Shown: positions 20,701-31,096 of the stretch, piece after piece
How positions within the stretch are numbered: the first letter of the stretch is position 1
Layout: each line of letters opens with the position of its first letter
Origin: an uncultured Clostridia bacterium
Lineage (GTDB): Bacteria > Bacillota > Clostridia > TANB77 > CAG-508
Assembly: GCA_947626765.1 (NCBI GenBank)
Contig: CANQTQ010000002.1
Span: 3,055 to 67,054 of the forward strand
Direction: 5' to 3'
DNA: 64,000 nucleotides
The notes under the pieces: generated by a model
Databases searched by the model: none
What the model was told of the DNA's origin: nothing
Seen by the model: the letters and a program-made list of their open reading frames with translations, nothing else
Position numbers and translations under genes: made by a program

Positions 20701-22724
20701 TCTTGCTTGGAAATATAGATGTTAATAAAACATTAGAAGCAAGCTATGACCTTAAAATGACACAAGGAACACTAGGAAGCATATCTAATAAAGTAAATGT
20801 AACAGCACAAAACATAGAAAAAGCAGTTGACTCAATTGAATATATACTTACAAAAGTAGAAGGAAAATTAGCATTAACATTATCTGTACCAAGAGACCAA
20901 AATGCTACACTTAATAAAGGAAATATACTATATGCTACCTTAATTCTAGAACCAAAAGAAGAATTAAATAATGTAGTAATAAATATAAATATTCCAAATG
21001 GTATAAAAATAAATGAAACAAGCTATACAGACAAAGACGGAAACAATCAAAACTATATTCAAGTTCAAAATAATACTGTAATAGCTAATATACCAAAATT
21101 AGAAGCAAACTACCTACAAAGTATAAAACTAAATCTTCAAATAGATAGCTTCACAGGTGATTTCAATTTTATTGCAAAAGCATCTTCTAATGAAACTAAA
21201 GAGCAAATATCTAATTTAATAAAATATCATGTTGGTGCACCAGAATTTGAAATTACACAAACTTCATCTTCAGAAAAATATTTAAAAGAAGCAAAAGAAA
21301 TTACTTATGAATTTGTTATAAAAAATATAGGTGATTCAGATGCTAATGATGTTGCATTTGAAGATGTATTACCAGAAGGATTAACATTTAAAAAATTACA
21401 ATACACAAATAAAGGCAAAATGCAAGAAGCAAATTCTACATTAGGAAATACAGCAAAAGTAAGATGGACAAAATTTGAGCAAGGTGCTACAGAAACAGTA
21501 AAAATTACAGCACAAGCAGATTTATTAGATGAAAATAAAAAAGATAAAACAGTTAACAATTCAGGTTCTATTACTGCACAAGGAATAGAAAGCAAAACAT
21601 CAAATAGTATTACTACTATTATAGAATATAATCCAGAATTGTATAAAGATAACAATGAAAACAATAATGAAATTACTAATAATAATGCACAATATAAAAT
21701 TACAGGTGTAGCATGGTTAGACGAAAACAGAAACGGTCAAAGAGAAGAAACAGAACAATTATTATCAGGAATAGAAGTAATGCTATTTAAAAGAGAAAAT
21801 AGTGAAATTGTAAAAGATATACAAGATGGAACAGAAAAAACAACTAAAACTTTAGCAGATGGAAGCTATGAATTTACTAACTTAGAAAAAGGAAATTATA
21901 TAATAGTTTTCTTATATGATGCTGGTAAATATAACATTACAGACTATCAAAAAGAAAACATTAGTACAAGCTATAACTCAGATGCAGTTTCAATGCTAGT
22001 TACATTAAATGAAAAACAATCTCATGCAGGAGTAACAAACACCATAAATGTAACAAACGAAAATGTTAGAGATATAGATATTGGTTTATATGTTGCAAAC
22101 AAATTTGACTTAAAAATAGACAAGTATATTAATAAAATTACAGTAAATACTTCGTCATCTGGAACAAAAACATATAATACAAATAATTCAAAACTAGAAA
22201 AAGTAGAAATCTTTAAAAGAGATGTTAACAAAAGTAATATTGCTATTGAATATAAAATAGTAGTAACAAATGAAGGTGGGCTTGAAGGCTATGCTAAGAA
22301 AATAGTTGATTATTTACCAAAAAATACTAAATTTAGTTCAGAGCTAAACAAAGACTGGTATATTTCAGACAGCAACAATGCAGTATATAATACTAGCCTA
22401 GAAAATACTATTTTAAAGCCAGGCGAAAGCAAAGAAATAACACTTATTTTAACAGCTCAAATTACAGATAACAATATGGGAACAATTATCAATAATAATG
22501 CAGAAATTTATGAAGCTTATAATGAATATGGAGAGCCAGATATAGATTCAATAGAAGCTAATATGATAGAAGCCGAAGACGATATATCAAAAGCAGACAT
22601 TATACTTTCTACAGCAACCGGTACAATAATTGTTTATTCAGGTTTAATACTAGCTGTATTATTCATTATAATAATTGGAATGTTAGTAATAAAAAGAAGC
22701 TTTAAAGAAGAAGACGTATTATAG
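17775..22724 (+). CDS. Giant surface protein A2 (paralogue of A1)
   Basis: 1649 aa, colinear with A1 throughout. The N-terminal half is more diverged than the C-terminal third. The C-terminus is LSTATG, a TM helix and KRS. Confidence 0.8.
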   Translation: MKKINQKIIALILTILLIGTNLIPLGNQVIAANLSEQNDKTSNNNVTFNSYLEGNVHSKSYNANEKAKLYLKLNVYNTGYLKNSTITISNNANYEIDVNNFENENILSMTSNQITVKQINSGEELTIELPIKIKTASKVEKDFAQKVSEVSLNAIYVDNKGIERNITKTINNQIIWKQQMNLNLNYEVTKYIPYNQGEEYGVLLQTVITSSIKDHVLPISKTELEMYVPQIENVKPTTVNVIANKTLNTNSDENGINFNSSNYQYEENTGKLTITVNNVEDENKLISLNSNGIDEYIINCIYKGKDLYEKALEKTFQTSMNVLGKVTIQDNEETLVEENIKIQYNEKETKGVLTDITPIVKTSISKGNIYANYDKEENKIETNYEYSYIAQINALELTNQVQMQTAKNYYLDNNLNEFPLENNNYIKQVKIEKSNFEKILSEEGTIEINKIDGTNIGTINKNTKLENNTYILDILEAKIQEIQIKTSKPLEIGNLEVKILQAITGEQTYSKEQMEQFTKMKLGLINQNNGNNAQVDTTISLAEPVSKAEITISEESKNLSTVTENENVEIRVVLNTSSTEYALYKNPTLEIELPGEIEKVDIKDINILLDDELKIADEKVITKNNKQVIQITLKGTQTNYTETIKNVAKNVIAKGANIIINANITLNKFAASKEEKITMYYTNENTNLYETSTEETIARGIATTNINIVAPNGVSAINRITGYDSQNSELISLNSENKQVTIPAKSEKKTINIQGIVTNNYENSIENVSILGRLPFENNKEVDGEALGSTFTMPMVEKIKVNGIDEKQVKIYYSTNKEANSTSNEWKEQIEDLSSIKSYLIVISGEVAKGTQITFNYKVELPENIGTDNSSYEMYKVYYNNKTGEATIGETKISGTLGILTEKSPELEVTLSSNVEENAEVTEEQIVKFFVKVKNIGKEEIKNVVLNIPVPNGTIYTKYNSSEQLYVDSNEQTIQILLGNIDVNKTLEASYDLKMTQGTLGSISNKVNVTAQNIEKAVDSIEYILTKVEGKLALTLSVPRDQNATLNKGNILYATLILEPKEELNNVVININIPNGIKINETSYTDKDGNNQNYIQVQNNTVIANIPKLEANYLQSIKLNLQIDSFTGDFNFIAKASSNETKEQISNLIKYHVGAPEFEITQTSSSEKYLKEAKEITYEFVIKNIGDSDANDVAFEDVLPEGLTFKKLQYTNKGKMQEANSTLGNTAKVRWTKFEQGATETVKITAQADLLDENKKDKTVNNSGSITAQGIESKTSNSITTIIEYNPELYKDNNENNNEITNNNAQYKITGVAWLDENRNGQREETEQLLSGIEVMLFKRENSEIVKDIQDGTEKTTKTLADGSYEFTNLEKGNYIIVFLYDAGKYNITDYQKENISTSYNSDAVSMLVTLNEKQSHAGVTNTINVTNENVRDIDIGLYVANKFDLKIDKYINKITVNTSSSGTKTYNTNNSKLEKVEIFKRDVNKSNIAIEYKIVVTNEGGLEGYAKKIVDYLPKNTKFSSELNKDWYISDSNNAVYNTSLENTILKPGESKEITLILTAQITDNNMGTIINNNAEIYEAYNEYGEPDIDSIEANMIEAEDDISKADIILSTATGTIIVYSGLILAVLFIIIIGMLVIKRSFKEEDVL

Positions 22725-22739
22725 GAGGGGAGGCAAGAA

Positions 22740-25700
22740 ATGAATAGTAAAAAGAAAATAGCACTTCTTACAGTAGGAATACTATCAGTATTTATTACAT
22801 TAACAATAATGTTTGCAGCTTTAATTCAAATAAATGGAGAAGAAATTAAAGAAGTAGCTAAACTTACAAAAGAAGCACTTACAATAAATGGCTCACAAGC
22901 TAATGGAACCATAAAAACAGATGGAGCACATGATGATAATGGAAGCCTTTGGGTTGAAGCACTACCTAGCAATATAAATAAAGTATTTATTCCAACAGTA
23001 GGTAATGCACAACTATATTGTATAGAAAAAGGTGTTAGTTTAAAAACTGGGTTGGAAAGAGTTGCAACAATTAAAGCATTACAAGGAACAACTGGTAGTG
23101 TTAGTTCTTCTAGTTGTATGGCTCCTCTTCCAGCAAAACGTTATTCAAATACTTATTATGAATGTGTTAATAATCACTCAGAAATGGTACCATCTGGAGC
23201 ATATATAGTTACAGCACCAAACAATTTCATAGCACCTTATGACGGAGTATATTCATATGGCTCTACAAGCAGCTTTACAAAAGGTGAAAATATTAGCCAA
23301 GAAGTAAGACAAGTAGCAATATGGTTAAATCCTGATATGAATAAAGGTGAAAACTTTTATGAAAGTGGCGCAGAATTTACATATATAGATATGGCAGAAC
23401 AGCTAAAAAATGAAGCAATGGATTATAAAGACTATGAAAACAAATTAAAAGAAAATGTAAATAATCTTTTAAAAGACACCACTGAAGAAATAAAAGTAAG
23501 CGTAGACCAAGAAGAACAAGTTTTAATTTTAGGACCATATAAAATAGATTATGTAGAAGGAAACTCAGAGACAGCCAAATTTGCTGGAATTTCTAATATG
23601 GTTGTAAAAGGCTATAATGATAAAGACAAAAAAGTATTTATTAAAAACCTAGAAATTGTAAGCTATATTCAAAATGGTAAAGAAAATAAACTACAATTCT
23701 TTAATCCATTAGAAGAAAATGGATATGTAGATAAAACAGAAAACTCATATCCAGCTAGCTCACAGGAATTCTATATTAAAATAAAAAATCCAAATGCTGG
23801 TGTTTCAAGCAGTGATAAAAAAGTAAAATACATTAATGTAAATGTAGAATATTCTTATATGACTGTTTATGCAATTCAATGTAACTTACAAGGACACCAA
23901 TTAGTTGCAACACCTATCCAAACATCACATAGTAATAGCTATCACCCTGAATATGGTCATTTAACTTCTTGTACAGTTGAATACCGTTGGAACGTAACAG
24001 AAAACCCTCTAAAACAACAAGATGTAATAGATGCATGGGGAGAAAGAAGCTTATACAAATTAAATATAAACTTAAAAGGCAACATAGATGATATTACTAC
24101 AGATATAACTATGAAACTAGGGGGCTATACTTGGGAAGACGTACCCGAAGGCAAAGAAAACTTATCAAATGGTATTAAAACAGAAGCAGACATAGTTATT
24201 CCTAATGTAAAAGTAACTTTATATGAATGTATAACAGATGCAAATGGAAAGGTTCAATATAATAATGGAAAACCACAAGCAAAAGTAGCAGAGCTATTAT
24301 CTGAAGTAGATAAAAAAGAATTATCACAAGAAGAACTATTAAACAGAGTTAATTCAAAACTTACAAACGAAAATGGCTATTACCAATTTGATGGACTAGA
24401 TGTTTTCCAAAAGTATTATGTTACATTTGAATATAATGGACAAATTTATATGACTACAGATTATTTAGTAACAGGAAATGGAAGTCATCAAAACTCTGTA
24501 CAAAGTATGGTAAATGCTAAACTTTATAATACAGATATATGGGCTATAACTTCAAAAACATCAGAAAGTTCAAGCATAAGAACTGCATATAATAACAAAT
24601 TTGCAGAAATTGGCTCATCACCAAAAAACTATAAATCTAGTAACTCTTTAAAAACTGGAAAACTAGTAGAAGACTATAATGAAACATTTTCTATAAATGA
24701 TTTATTAGGATATGAATTACAAGAAAATGGTACATATAAAGCAGTAGGACCAAGACTAATAGATGAAGCATATGTAATTGATGAAAACGGAAATATAGTA
24801 AAAGGAAATTCTATTACCGAAGGATTAATTAGTAAAAAAATTAAAGAATATATAACAAAAAATTATAAATACCCAGATAAAAATGCTTTAATTTCAATTT
24901 ATCAAAGCATTGTAAATGAAAATGCAAAAAACAGTGAAGAACAAGAAGTTATTTGGAAAAAATTACAATATATAGAAGATTGCAAAATAGAAGCTTCTAC
25001 AGCATCACCTTATGAAAATGAAAACATAGATTTATACCCAGTATATAATAAATTTGTGGTTGATACACAAAGCACAGTAATTCCAGGAGTTGGAACAATG
25101 CCACCAATATATAATGGTCAATACTATGTAAACTCTGGCTTATGGAGAAGACAACTAAATAATGTAGCATTAAGAAAAGACATTTATCGTGCAGCAACAA
25201 GAATAAATGGAAAAACAGAAGTATATACATATGACAAACGTTCTTCAAATGATGATTATTGGAGCATTGAAATAAGAATGCAAGACTATGAAAACTATTA
25301 TAATTCTAATTATAATAGAGAAATATATAAATCAGATTATGAATTTAGAGCAGCAAATACAAATTTATATGGTAAAGAATTAGAATTATATGTTACATAT
25401 AAAATTTCTATTAGAAATATATCACAAGGTATTTTAAATGAAATTACAGAAGTAGTAGACTATTATGATAAAGACTATACATATATGCCTAACCTTTCTT
25501 GGGTAATGTATAATGCAAATGGTATAGATGAAGAATTATTATTGCCAGAAAAATCTTATTATAATATGATTAATAATTTAAACTTAAAAGAAATAAATTA
25601 TGCAAAAAATATTAATAGTACTTATTCAAGTACTCAAAATGAAAATGGTACTTACTGTGGAAAAAGCATTTATGGAGATGCATCACAATCAGACTTAGAA

Positions 25701-27818
25701 AAGCAATATAATTCTGTATATGTACATGGATTAAATAGTAAAAAATTAGAAACAGGAGAAGAAGCATACATTTATTTAACATTTAAAGTAAATTCAGATA
25801 ATAAAGGACCAGTTATATTAGATGATAACAATAGCTTAAAACAAAATTATGCTGAAATTAATGGCTATAGAAGTTATTATAAAAATGAAACAAAACTACC
25901 AAATAATGTAACAATTAATGGAAACAATACAGTAGCAGGAATTATTGATAACAACTCAACACCAGGTAACTTGAAATCAAAAGATTTAATTGGAGAAAGA
26001 TATGAGAAAAACTTTGAAGACGATACAGATAGAGCAAAAAGTATAAAAGTTCTCATAGATGAAAACGCAATAAGATATTTAAAAGGTACAGTTTGGGAAG
26101 ATGAAAGAACACAAAATGTAAACAATGCAATAATTGGAGATGGTATAAGGCAATCAAACGAAATTGGAATAGCGGGCGTAGAAGTAGAATTAGTAGAAAA
26201 ACTATCAAATGGAAGCGAGTATGTATGGCAGCAAACTACAACTAACGAAGATGGAACATATGAATTTAAAGAGTACATTCCAGGAAATTATATTGTTAGA
26301 TTTAAATACGGAAATAATAATAACACTGTTCTAACAGTAGAAAAAGATGGAAGTAATGCGGTATCATACAATGGGCAAGACTTTAAATCAACAGTATATA
26401 GCAAAGATTTAAAAAACAATATAACAGTTTCAGAATATACAGATGAATACTACAATATCTTAGAATCAGATAAATTAAGTGCTAATAAAGGTACAAATTT
26501 ATCAGATGCAAAAGACTTATGGGACAATAAAAATGTTAATACTGGTAGAACATTAGATGGAAACACTACATATACACCTGAAACATTCCAAGGAAGAACT
26601 ACAGTAAACAACTATAGCACATCAAATGTAACTAACCATAATGCGGAAGTTTTAGCATCACCTTATGCACAAAATATTAATAACAGCATGATACAAGAAC
26701 TAATTACAAATACAAACATGGTAGCAGAAACACCAATTATAAAAATAGAAGTAGAATATGATAGAACACAAACAGATGGTAATAATACACAAAGCAATGG
26801 TAATGATAAATACTTATTTGAAAACGATACAAACGGAAAATATGTTTTAAACTATGTAGACTTTGGACTTACAGAAAGACCAAAAGCTCAGCTAGAACTT
26901 AATAAACAAGTAACTAACATAAAATTAACTTTAGAAGATGGTCAAGTAATATTTGACGCAAACAAATCTGTAAATAATTTATCTTGGCTTGCAAGTAACC
27001 CATATAATTTATCTAAACAAATGGAAAACAATAAATATGAAGAATATTATAGCCAAAGTAAAACAAATAAGTCATATAATCGTTATTCATATAGAACACA
27101 AATTAACGACTTAATTAATTCACTTTATAAAAATGGAAGAAATGGATTAATACAAGCAATAATAGATTCAGAAATTGCGCATGGAGCAACTGTTGAAATT
27201 TCTTATCAATTAATAGTTAACAACGTAAGTGAAACAGACTATGCTAATAAAGACTTCTATTATGTAGCAACTGGTGCATCAGAAGATAACAAAGTAACAA
27301 CATCTGCGAATATGGTAATAGACTATGTAGCAAATAACTTACAATATAAAGAATCAAATAACTCAGGTTGGACACTTGCAAAATCTACAAACGGTACAAT
27401 TATAGACGGATTAGTTAATAATAGCATAAAAGATAAAACAAACTTATATAATAATATTATAGTTACTACAGAGTTAAATAAAAGCCTAAAACCAGGTGAA
27501 AATACAACTAAAGACTTATTATTATCACAAATAATTTATAGCGGTTCTGAAACAGATAATAAGGTTTATGAAAATATTTCTGAAATTATTGCAACATCTA
27601 ATACAGTAGGTAGAAGAATGGCATATTCAATTGTAGGTAACCAAGACCCTACCAAAATACCTTCAGAAGTAGACAGTAGCAAAGCAGAAACAGTAGTTGT
27701 AATTCCACCATTTGGACTAACACAAATTATATATATAATAATTGCATTAGCAGTAGCTTCTATATTAGCAGTAGGAATTATATTTATTAAAAAATGGATG
27801 GGTTCAAAAGCTAATTAA
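22740..27818 (+). CDS. Giant surface protein B2 with a putative thioester domain (paralogue of B1)
   Basis: 1692 aa. Motif LYCIEKG (Cys codon 23019-23021) and motif RQVAIW (Gln codon 23310-23312). SdrD-B-like segments. The C-terminus is VIPPFG, a TM helix and KK. Confidence 0.8.
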   Translation: MNSKKKIALLTVGILSVFITLTIMFAALIQINGEEIKEVAKLTKEALTINGSQANGTIKTDGAHDDNGSLWVEALPSNINKVFIPTVGNAQLYCIEKGVSLKTGLERVATIKALQGTTGSVSSSSCMAPLPAKRYSNTYYECVNNHSEMVPSGAYIVTAPNNFIAPYDGVYSYGSTSSFTKGENISQEVRQVAIWLNPDMNKGENFYESGAEFTYIDMAEQLKNEAMDYKDYENKLKENVNNLLKDTTEEIKVSVDQEEQVLILGPYKIDYVEGNSETAKFAGISNMVVKGYNDKDKKVFIKNLEIVSYIQNGKENKLQFFNPLEENGYVDKTENSYPASSQEFYIKIKNPNAGVSSSDKKVKYINVNVEYSYMTVYAIQCNLQGHQLVATPIQTSHSNSYHPEYGHLTSCTVEYRWNVTENPLKQQDVIDAWGERSLYKLNINLKGNIDDITTDITMKLGGYTWEDVPEGKENLSNGIKTEADIVIPNVKVTLYECITDANGKVQYNNGKPQAKVAELLSEVDKKELSQEELLNRVNSKLTNENGYYQFDGLDVFQKYYVTFEYNGQIYMTTDYLVTGNGSHQNSVQSMVNAKLYNTDIWAITSKTSESSSIRTAYNNKFAEIGSSPKNYKSSNSLKTGKLVEDYNETFSINDLLGYELQENGTYKAVGPRLIDEAYVIDENGNIVKGNSITEGLISKKIKEYITKNYKYPDKNALISIYQSIVNENAKNSEEQEVIWKKLQYIEDCKIEASTASPYENENIDLYPVYNKFVVDTQSTVIPGVGTMPPIYNGQYYVNSGLWRRQLNNVALRKDIYRAATRINGKTEVYTYDKRSSNDDYWSIEIRMQDYENYYNSNYNREIYKSDYEFRAANTNLYGKELELYVTYKISIRNISQGILNEITEVVDYYDKDYTYMPNLSWVMYNANGIDEELLLPEKSYYNMINNLNLKEINYAKNINSTYSSTQNENGTYCGKSIYGDASQSDLEKQYNSVYVHGLNSKKLETGEEAYIYLTFKVNSDNKGPVILDDNNSLKQNYAEINGYRSYYKNETKLPNNVTINGNNTVAGIIDNNSTPGNLKSKDLIGERYEKNFEDDTDRAKSIKVLIDENAIRYLKGTVWEDERTQNVNNAIIGDGIRQSNEIGIAGVEVELVEKLSNGSEYVWQQTTTNEDGTYEFKEYIPGNYIVRFKYGNNNNTVLTVEKDGSNAVSYNGQDFKSTVYSKDLKNNITVSEYTDEYYNILESDKLSANKGTNLSDAKDLWDNKNVNTGRTLDGNTTYTPETFQGRTTVNNYSTSNVTNHNAEVLASPYAQNINNSMIQELITNTNMVAETPIIKIEVEYDRTQTDGNNTQSNGNDKYLFENDTNGKYVLNYVDFGLTERPKAQLELNKQVTNIKLTLEDGQVIFDANKSVNNLSWLASNPYNLSKQMENNKYEEYYSQSKTNKSYNRYSYRTQINDLINSLYKNGRNGLIQAIIDSEIAHGATVEISYQLIVNNVSETDYANKDFYYVATGASEDNKVTTSANMVIDYVANNLQYKESNNSGWTLAKSTNGTIIDGLVNNSIKDKTNLYNNIIVTTELNKSLKPGENTTKDLLLSQIIYSGSETDNKVYENISEIIATSNTVGRRMAYSIVGNQDPTKIPSEVDSSKAETVVVIPPFGLTQIIYIIIALAVASILAVGIIFIKKWMGSKAN

Positions 27819-27846
27819 AAGAGGATGCTCGAATCCGAAGATAAAA

Positions 27847-27875
27847 ATTCCAGTGAGAAATCACTGGAATTTTTG
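27847..27875 (+). terminator. Rho-independent terminator after B2
   Basis: attccagtga-gaaa-tcactggaat followed by TTTT. Confidence 0.85.
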
Positions 27876-28079
27876 TATGTAAAATATTGATAAAACCTTG
27901 TATTTTTAAACATTTTACGATAAAATAATAAACAGAAAAAAGTTTAAAAAGTATAATAAACACAAAAGATGGCAAAATGAGAAGAAAACTTTTTTAATTT
28001 GTGTCTATAAAATGACAAATATTTTAAACAGCTTGTACTACAATAAAAGCAAATTAAAAAAGTTAGAGGTGGTCACAAA

Positions 28080-30578
28080 GTGTTTCAAAATATACAAAAA
28101 AATATACAAGAACAAATAAATAATGAAGAGCAAACAATAAAGCAAGAAAAAATGCCTATTAAAGAGATTTTAAAAGGTTTATTTAACTTGCAAAATATTA
28201 TTCTTTTTATTGTGGCATTTGCATTATCAATGGTAGGCTTTCAAAATGAAAATATACTATTAAGTATTAGTCCATTTGCCATAAGCTTTTTAGCTGCAAT
28301 GCTTAGTAATTATAAGTCAATAGGAGTTACATATATTTTAACCTTAATAGGATCTTTTATTTCATTTGGCGCAAATAGCCTTTTAATATATTTCTTAACA
28401 ACACTAGTATTCTTTGTATTTGTACTATTAAAAAGACCAAAAGAAGTAGAAAATGTAAACGAAAAAAGAAGATTAGGAATGCATCTATTTTTAGCAGTTC
28501 TTATTACTCAAATAGTACCAATGTTTTTTAGAAGTTTTTATATTTATGATTTGCTAACAAGCATAATGCTTGCAATTTCATCTTACATATTTTATAAAAT
28601 ATTTGCAAACTCAATATTCATGCTTCAAGAATTTGGAACAAAAAAGGCATTTTCAATAGAAGAAGTAATGGGAACCAGTTTACTATTAGCAATTTCAATT
28701 TGTGCTTTAGGAAACTTTAGTATTTTTGGATTTAGTGTAAGAAATATTTTATGCATATTATTAGTTTTAATATTAGGCTGGAAAAATGGAATGTTAGTAG
28801 GAGCCACAGGCGGAATTACTATAGGAGTAGTTTTAGGAATAATACAAAATGGTAATCCAGTAATGGTAGCAGCTTATGCAATTTCAGGAATGCTTGCAGG
28901 GCTATTTTATAGATTAGGAAAAATAGGAGTTGTAGTAGGCTTTGCATTAGGAAATGTATTGTTAAGCTATGTATCAAATGGAAATACCATTCCAGTTATA
29001 ATGTTTCAAGAAATATTAATTGCATTTTTAGGATTACTTGCAGTTCCAAAAAAATTTGAAATAAATATCGAAGACTTATATGGAAAAAATAAATTGCTTC
29101 CAGAAACTACAACTAGAACTTTAACCGAAAATCAAGACACTATATTAAAATTAAATAGTATGTCAGAAGCAATTAGCGATTTAGCTAAAAGTTATGAAGA
29201 AGCGGCAAGTACTATTTTAGATGAAAAAGACTTAAAACAGCAAGAACTATCAAATGAGCAAATATTTAGACAAGAATTAGAAATAAACCTAGAAGAACTA
29301 GAAAATAATATACTTTATGAAGATATTTTAGAAAATAGAGATGAAATAGTAGATAAAATATTTGAACATTTATTAAAGCAAGAGCTAATAACAGAAAAAG
29401 AACTAGTAGATATTTTTGAAAAGCAAAATCACTATATTATAGGCTTTAAAGAAAAAGATGAGCAAGTACAAAATGAAGTTTCTAAAATGATAAAAGCCAT
29501 AAATTACTCTTACCGTATTAGTAAAATGAACTTCATTTGGAAAAAGAAAATGGAAGAAAGCAAAAAAGGTGTGTCTTCGCAATTAGATGGCGTATCTAAA
29601 GCAATATCATCTATGGCAAAAGAAATGCAAAATGAAGAAAAAGATAAATTTGAAGATAAGAAAAAAGAAATAATGGCATTATTAGAGCAAAAAGAAATTT
29701 CAGTAAATAACATAAAAATAAAACAAAATAATTCTGGAAGATATTTTATAGAAGTATATACTAATTTATGTGATGACATAGATGGAAAAAAATGTGGTAT
29801 TAAAAAAATATCAAAAATTCTAGAAAAAGTATTTGAACATAAATTTATTATACAAGCCCAAGAATGTGGTTTAAGAGAAGAAAGAAAAGCTTGTAAATTT
29901 ACATATTATTCACAAGATAATTATAAACTACAAATTGGAGTTGCAACTACCACAAAGCAAGGTTCACTAGTATCTGGAGACAGTCATATAGAAACAAAAC
30001 TAGAAGATGGAAAGTATTTACTTGCTATTAGTGATGGAATGGGTTCGGGTCCAGAAGCAATGAAAAGTAGTAAAATAGCAATTAAAATGCTAGAAAGATT
30101 ATTAAAAGCAGGCTTTGATAAAGAGGTATCTTTAAACTTAATAAACTCAACTTTAATAGCAAACACAAAAGAAGATATGTATGCAACATTAGACATTGAA
30201 ATATTAGATTTATATGCAGGCAACATGGAATTTATAAAAAATGGAGCCTGCCCAACATATATAAAAAGAAACAAAGAAGTGCAGCTTTTAAAATCTTTAA
30301 GTTTACCTACAGGAATACTAGAAAATGCAGACTTAGTTGTATACGACTATGACCTTCAAGATGGAGATATTTTAGTAATGTGCACAGATGGTATTATAGA
30401 ATCAAACACAGAATATATAAATAAAGAACTTTGGGTAAAATATTTGTTAGAAGATATTCAAACAGATGATGCAAAACAAATTGCAAACATGATTTTAAAT
30501 GAAGCAATAGATAACGAATTTGGAATGCAAAAAGACGACATGACAGTAATTGCTTTTAAAATAAATAAAAAAGTTTAG
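28080..30578 (+). CDS. spoIIE: Stage II sporulation protein E (membrane PP2C phosphatase)
   Basis: 832 aa. About 10 N-terminal TM helices, a central linker and a C-terminal PP2C domain (SGDSH...LLAISDGMGSG...CTDGIIE). The GTG start is uncertain. Confidence 0.9.
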   Translation: MFQNIQKNIQEQINNEEQTIKQEKMPIKEILKGLFNLQNIILFIVAFALSMVGFQNENILLSISPFAISFLAAMLSNYKSIGVTYILTLIGSFISFGANSLLIYFLTTLVFFVFVLLKRPKEVENVNEKRRLGMHLFLAVLITQIVPMFFRSFYIYDLLTSIMLAISSYIFYKIFANSIFMLQEFGTKKAFSIEEVMGTSLLLAISICALGNFSIFGFSVRNILCILLVLILGWKNGMLVGATGGITIGVVLGIIQNGNPVMVAAYAISGMLAGLFYRLGKIGVVVGFALGNVLLSYVSNGNTIPVIMFQEILIAFLGLLAVPKKFEINIEDLYGKNKLLPETTTRTLTENQDTILKLNSMSEAISDLAKSYEEAASTILDEKDLKQQELSNEQIFRQELEINLEELENNILYEDILENRDEIVDKIFEHLLKQELITEKELVDIFEKQNHYIIGFKEKDEQVQNEVSKMIKAINYSYRISKMNFIWKKKMEESKKGVSSQLDGVSKAISSMAKEMQNEEKDKFEDKKKEIMALLEQKEISVNNIKIKQNNSGRYFIEVYTNLCDDIDGKKCGIKKISKILEKVFEHKFIIQAQECGLREERKACKFTYYSQDNYKLQIGVATTTKQGSLVSGDSHIETKLEDGKYLLAISDGMGSGPEAMKSSKIAIKMLERLLKAGFDKEVSLNLINSTLIANTKEDMYATLDIEILDLYAGNMEFIKNGACPTYIKRNKEVQLLKSLSLPTGILENADLVVYDYDLQDGDILVMCTDGIIESNTEYINKELWVKYLLEDIQTDDAKQIANMILNEAIDNEFGMQKDDMTVIAFKINKKV

Positions 30579-30731
30579 AAAAAGGTATAGTTTAATACAA
30601 ATTATAGTCTAAAATTATAGTCTAAAATTATATACCACGCACCCAATGAATTTTGCAATATGTTTTTTCTTAGGCTAAAGTACAAAAAAATAATAGTTGT
30701 TATATTTTTAATATAATAGCTATTATTTTTA

Positions 30732-30941
30732 TTATTTTGCTTTTTTATCAATAAAAGAACGCACATATTCTCCAATTTCTTCATTAGATAAATTTAAAGT
30801 ACTAATTAATTTACCTAAAATATCACTTCTAGGAAAACAGTATTCATTATCAATTCTAACATATTGTCTTAAGCTAATATTAAGATCTGATGCCATTTTT
30901 TCTTGTGTAAGACCTAATTCATTCCTTTTTTCTCTAATCAT
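30732..30941 (-). CDS. XRE-family helix-turn-helix transcriptional regulator
   Basis: 69 aa. LGLTQEKMASDLNISLRQYVRIDN is a typical Cro/CI-type HTH. Confidence 0.85.
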   Translation of the reverse strand: MIREKRNELGLTQEKMASDLNISLRQYVRIDNEYCFPRSDILGKLISTLNLSNEEIGEYVRSFIDKKAK

Positions 30942-30954
30942 AACAATATCACCT

Positions 30955-31019
30955 TGACAAATTATGTCATATTTTCTATATAATTCATATTGACATTTAA
31001 TGTCATGATATCTTATAAT
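30955..31019. promoter_or_regulatory. Two TGACA-N5-TGTCA palindromes overlapping -35 boxes in the divergent region between XRE and the 31097 gene
   Basis: TGACAaattaTGTCA (30955-30969) and TGACAtttaaTGTCA (30991-31005). Each TGACA is part of a TTGACA -35 box. A TATAAT lies at 31014-31019 after an 18-nt spacer. Confidence 0.55.
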
Positions 31020-31096
31020 TAAATTAACCTAATAAACATACCTTATTTATATTAGGTATGTTTTAAAAAATCTAAAGAAAAAGGAGAAATAGAAAA

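Noticed and set aside
7720-27818. Interpreting the A/B operons as a sortase-assembled pilus locus.
   Set aside because: The window has no sortase gene, no YPKN-type pilin motif and no LPXTG. The proteins are far larger than pilins. I have left them as adhesin pairs with an unknown anchoring mechanism.
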